Shown: positions 47,146 to 49,721 of the stretch, piece after piece
Layout of the letters: the number at the start of each line of letters is the position of its first letter
How positions within the stretch are numbered: the stretch's first letter is position 1
Assembly: GCA_008632985.1 (NCBI GenBank)
Contig: QPGO01000345.1
Span: 1-49,721 of the forward strand
DNA from: Psammoneis japonica
Lineage: Eukaryota
Direction: 5' to 3'
DNA length: 49,721 bases
Program-made: the position numbers and the translations under genes
The notes under the pieces: generated by a model
Seen by the model: only the letters and a program-made list of their open reading frames with translations
Databases searched by the model: none
What the model was told of the DNA's origin: nothing

Positions 47146-48843
47146 ATGTCGTCGTCGATTCTTCCTTCAAGACCAAGACTTTTTTTGACGACTCTTTTCT
47201 TTGGATTGCTGTTAGTCTCATCAGTGATTGCAGACGATCGACCCAATTTTATTTTCTTGTTTGCGGATGACTTGGGCTTTGGCGATTTGAAATCGTACGG
47301 GCACCCGTATGCACGCACCCCTCACCTAGATCGACTTGCAGCCGAGGGAAGTTCGTTTCGTTATTTTCACGTTGCGGGCTATGTATGCCCCACGTCTCGT
47401 GCAGGTTTTATGACGTCTCGGTATCCCTCGTGGTTTCCCAATTACACGCCAGACTATGGTTTTAAAGGAGCCATGACGGTTACAAAGTTGCTACAGGATG
47501 CCGGCTATGTCACGGGTCATATAGGAAAGTGGAACATTGGTGATCCCAAGCCCGGCAGTTCCGATCGAGATTATCCACCATATGGTATGAGTCATGTTCG
47601 AATTACAGGCGATGGCAACAATTTGCCCGAGGGCAAGGAACATGAACGGTATAGTTTGGCGATTGATTTTGTGGAAAAATACAAGGACCAGCAACCCTTT
47701 TATTTAAATGTTTGGATGTACGCGGTACACTCACCCGTGGAACCACCACGGTATCTGGTGGACATGTTTGATGGACTCAAAGTGAATCGAAGCGACTTTG
47801 ACGAGTATATGCAAAAGAAATTTGACGATATTCGGGGCTTTGGGAAAAGCATTGACTTGGCTATGCAAACATACTTGGGAGAAGTCTATGGCATGGATCA
47901 AGAAATTGGTCGACTGCTGACAAAATTGGATGAATTGGGATTAGCCAACAATACTGTGGTGATGTTTTCCAGTGACAATGGTCCTTCTGTGGTGGATGAA
48001 GCCAAGGAATTTACGAAGGCAAGCTGGGGAGGAGGCTTTCGGGGTGGAAAATTTGAATGGTACGAGGCGGGAATTCGTGTCCCGTTCGTTATTCGTTGGC
48101 CTGGACACATACCTGCCGGCAAGGTCAATAGCGAATCCTTTACATCCGCACTGGATTGGCTACCGACGGTTGCCACTCTGGCTGGAGTGGACGTGCCTTG
48201 GAATTTGACGGAAGGAGAAGACGTGAGCGACATTTGGCTTGGTTCGGATCGGTCTCGTCAGAATCCTACTTTTTACCAACACCCTGGAAAGAGCGACATT
48301 TCCGTGCATTACAATGGATGGAAGTCGTACGATTGGAATCGGGAATTGTACAATCTACGAGAGGATCCAGCAGAAAAGGTAAACCTGTATGAAAGCCGCC
48401 GCGACATTGTCAATGCACTAAAGAATTTGAAGGCTCAGTACAAGGCCACTATACCACTGGATCACAGGTTTGGGAGTCAGTCTGCCGTGGATTTTGATCC
48501 GACAGAGCCCGTAACACGGTGGATCATTCCCGAAGTGCTCCTCGATGGGTCAGCCACGGCAAGCCCAACGCAAGCGGCCAGTGAGTCTCCCAGCATGACA
48601 CCTACCCGATTCCCCTCTTCTTCTCCTCGACCTTCCTCGGCAACAGCAAGCCCCGTTCCAACTCTCGCACCAACAATTACGGAAACAACATCGAGTCCAG
48701 CAGACACGGAATCTCCCACGGCTGCACCTGATAGTCCTGCTACCGAGACGCCATCCTCGAACGCCTCCACGCGGCAGCAGATCACTTATTTCCTTGTCGT
48801 GTCAATTGTTTCCTTGGTTTCATTGTTCTTTGCCGCAAACTAA
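47146..48843 (+). CDS. Secreted, probably membrane/GPI-anchored S1 (formylglycine-dependent) sulfatase
   Basis: Signal peptide, RPNFIFLFADDLGFGD, CPTSRAGFMTSRYP, GYVTGHIGKWNIG, FSSDNG, GGKFEWYEAGIRVPFVIRWPG, ELYNLREDPAE, then an S/T/P-rich stalk and a hydrophobic C-terminus. Likely start ATG at 47146. Confidence 0.92.
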   Translation: MSSSILPSRPRLFLTTLFFGLLLVSSVIADDRPNFIFLFADDLGFGDLKSYGHPYARTPHLDRLAAEGSSFRYFHVAGYVCPTSRAGFMTSRYPSWFPNYTPDYGFKGAMTVTKLLQDAGYVTGHIGKWNIGDPKPGSSDRDYPPYGMSHVRITGDGNNLPEGKEHERYSLAIDFVEKYKDQQPFYLNVWMYAVHSPVEPPRYLVDMFDGLKVNRSDFDEYMQKKFDDIRGFGKSIDLAMQTYLGEVYGMDQEIGRLLTKLDELGLANNTVVMFSSDNGPSVVDEAKEFTKASWGGGFRGGKFEWYEAGIRVPFVIRWPGHIPAGKVNSESFTSALDWLPTVATLAGVDVPWNLTEGEDVSDIWLGSDRSRQNPTFYQHPGKSDISVHYNGWKSYDWNRELYNLREDPAEKVNLYESRRDIVNALKNLKAQYKATIPLDHRFGSQSAVDFDPTEPVTRWIIPEVLLDGSATASPTQAASESPSMTPTRFPSSSPRPSSATASPVPTLAPTITETTSSPADTESPTAAPDSPATETPSSNASTRQQITYFLVVSIVSLVSLFFAAN

Positions 48844-49121
48844 GTGCAAGGGCATTCCTATAGAAGAAGGTGGACTGCGCATGCCATTGGTTAAAGCAGC
48901 AGTCACAGTGTACAGTACATGAAACGGGAATAATTTTAGAGTGGTGACGTCGTTGGATACGGTATCGCATCCAGTTGCGAAAAATAGAAATTCTATTTGA
49001 TTTACTTACCCATCATGATGTCGGTTTGTGAGTTTTTTTGGTCGCACTTGGCCAGCTAGAGTACAACTAGCTAGGGCCTAAAGTACTAACATTTACATGA
49101 AACTGGAGCTATGAACCAACA

Positions 49122-49721
49122 CTATGACATTACAAAAAATGCGATACGTTTCCCCTCTATTCTTTGTTGAAAACAAAAAACGGAAAGATCGGTGCTCCAA
49201 CGTCGGGCCTCCACTTGTCGTATGCTTCTTGTCCCCGCCTCATACCTTTCAAGCTGTCGTCGATCTAACCGTTTCGATGCTTCAGTCATTATGGAGAAAA
49301 TACCATACAATCCAATGCTGGTCGTGACGTGTGGAATTGTGTTGGAACCAAAGCTCGCCACGCCGCTGACCGCCAAGCCTAACCAAAACAATGCGTCTCC
49401 CAACAAGCAGTTTGGGTGGCAACAAACACGATAAACTCACGACGCAGGACCAGCAAAGTATTTGGTTTGATCTCCAGAACAACGCCAAGCCAATTCATCC
49501 TTTCGTGACTGCACCATCTGCGACAATACGGAGTGCGTACAGCGCAAGAGCAAGGCAAAAAATAGCGAAACACCGAATGCTATTAGAAAGCGTTTCAAGC
49601 GAGGGCTCTTGTCCAATTCCTTGAATTTCTTCTTGTTGCTCTGCGCTCGTCGAGAGAGAAGGCGTACCTGCCATGGGGGATGATAAAGGATTGATTCCAA
49701 ATGCTCGAGCCGTGGCTATTC
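49122..49721 (-). CDS. Possible C-terminal part of a multi-pass membrane protein with broken frames
   Basis: Hydrophobic segments are spread over several frames (FAIFCLAL, LFWLGLAVSGVASFG, IGLYGIFSIM). No recognised domain. Confidence 0.25.

Overview
Eukaryotic genomic DNA, most likely a diatom. This is inferred from an ASAF-type bipartite plastid presequence, a CoDi-type Ty1/copia element and diatom-style LRR and ankyrin-like proteins. Ordinary genes (RNI-like LRR protein, DUF6604-like 911-aa protein, plastid SET-domain protein, secreted sulfatase) alternate with four bounded domains (~5.06-9.15, ~12.33-22.02, ~24.79-25.32, ~29.46-39.58 kb). The three large domains hold decayed transposons and repeats, and one also holds copies of host genes (COQ9, RPN9/PSMD13, glutathione reductase fragment). 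All four are almost free of TpA, poor in CpG and full of TpG/CpA. A young, complete copia element (39583-46703, 276-bp LTRs, TSD TCACC) catches the process in progress. All 6 differences between its LTRs are TpA->TpG/CpA and none is at a CpG. Dozens of normally conserved Tyr codons in gag-pol have become Cys (TGY) or His (CAY). A mutated/unmutated pair of copies (20.2-21.1 vs 22.5-23.4 kb) shows the same rule. The main candidate novelty is a repeat/heterochromatin-targeted, two-strand TpA->TpG (A:T->G:C) hypermutation, the mirror image of fungal RIP. I know of no description of it but could not search the literature. All alignments and counts were done by eye.
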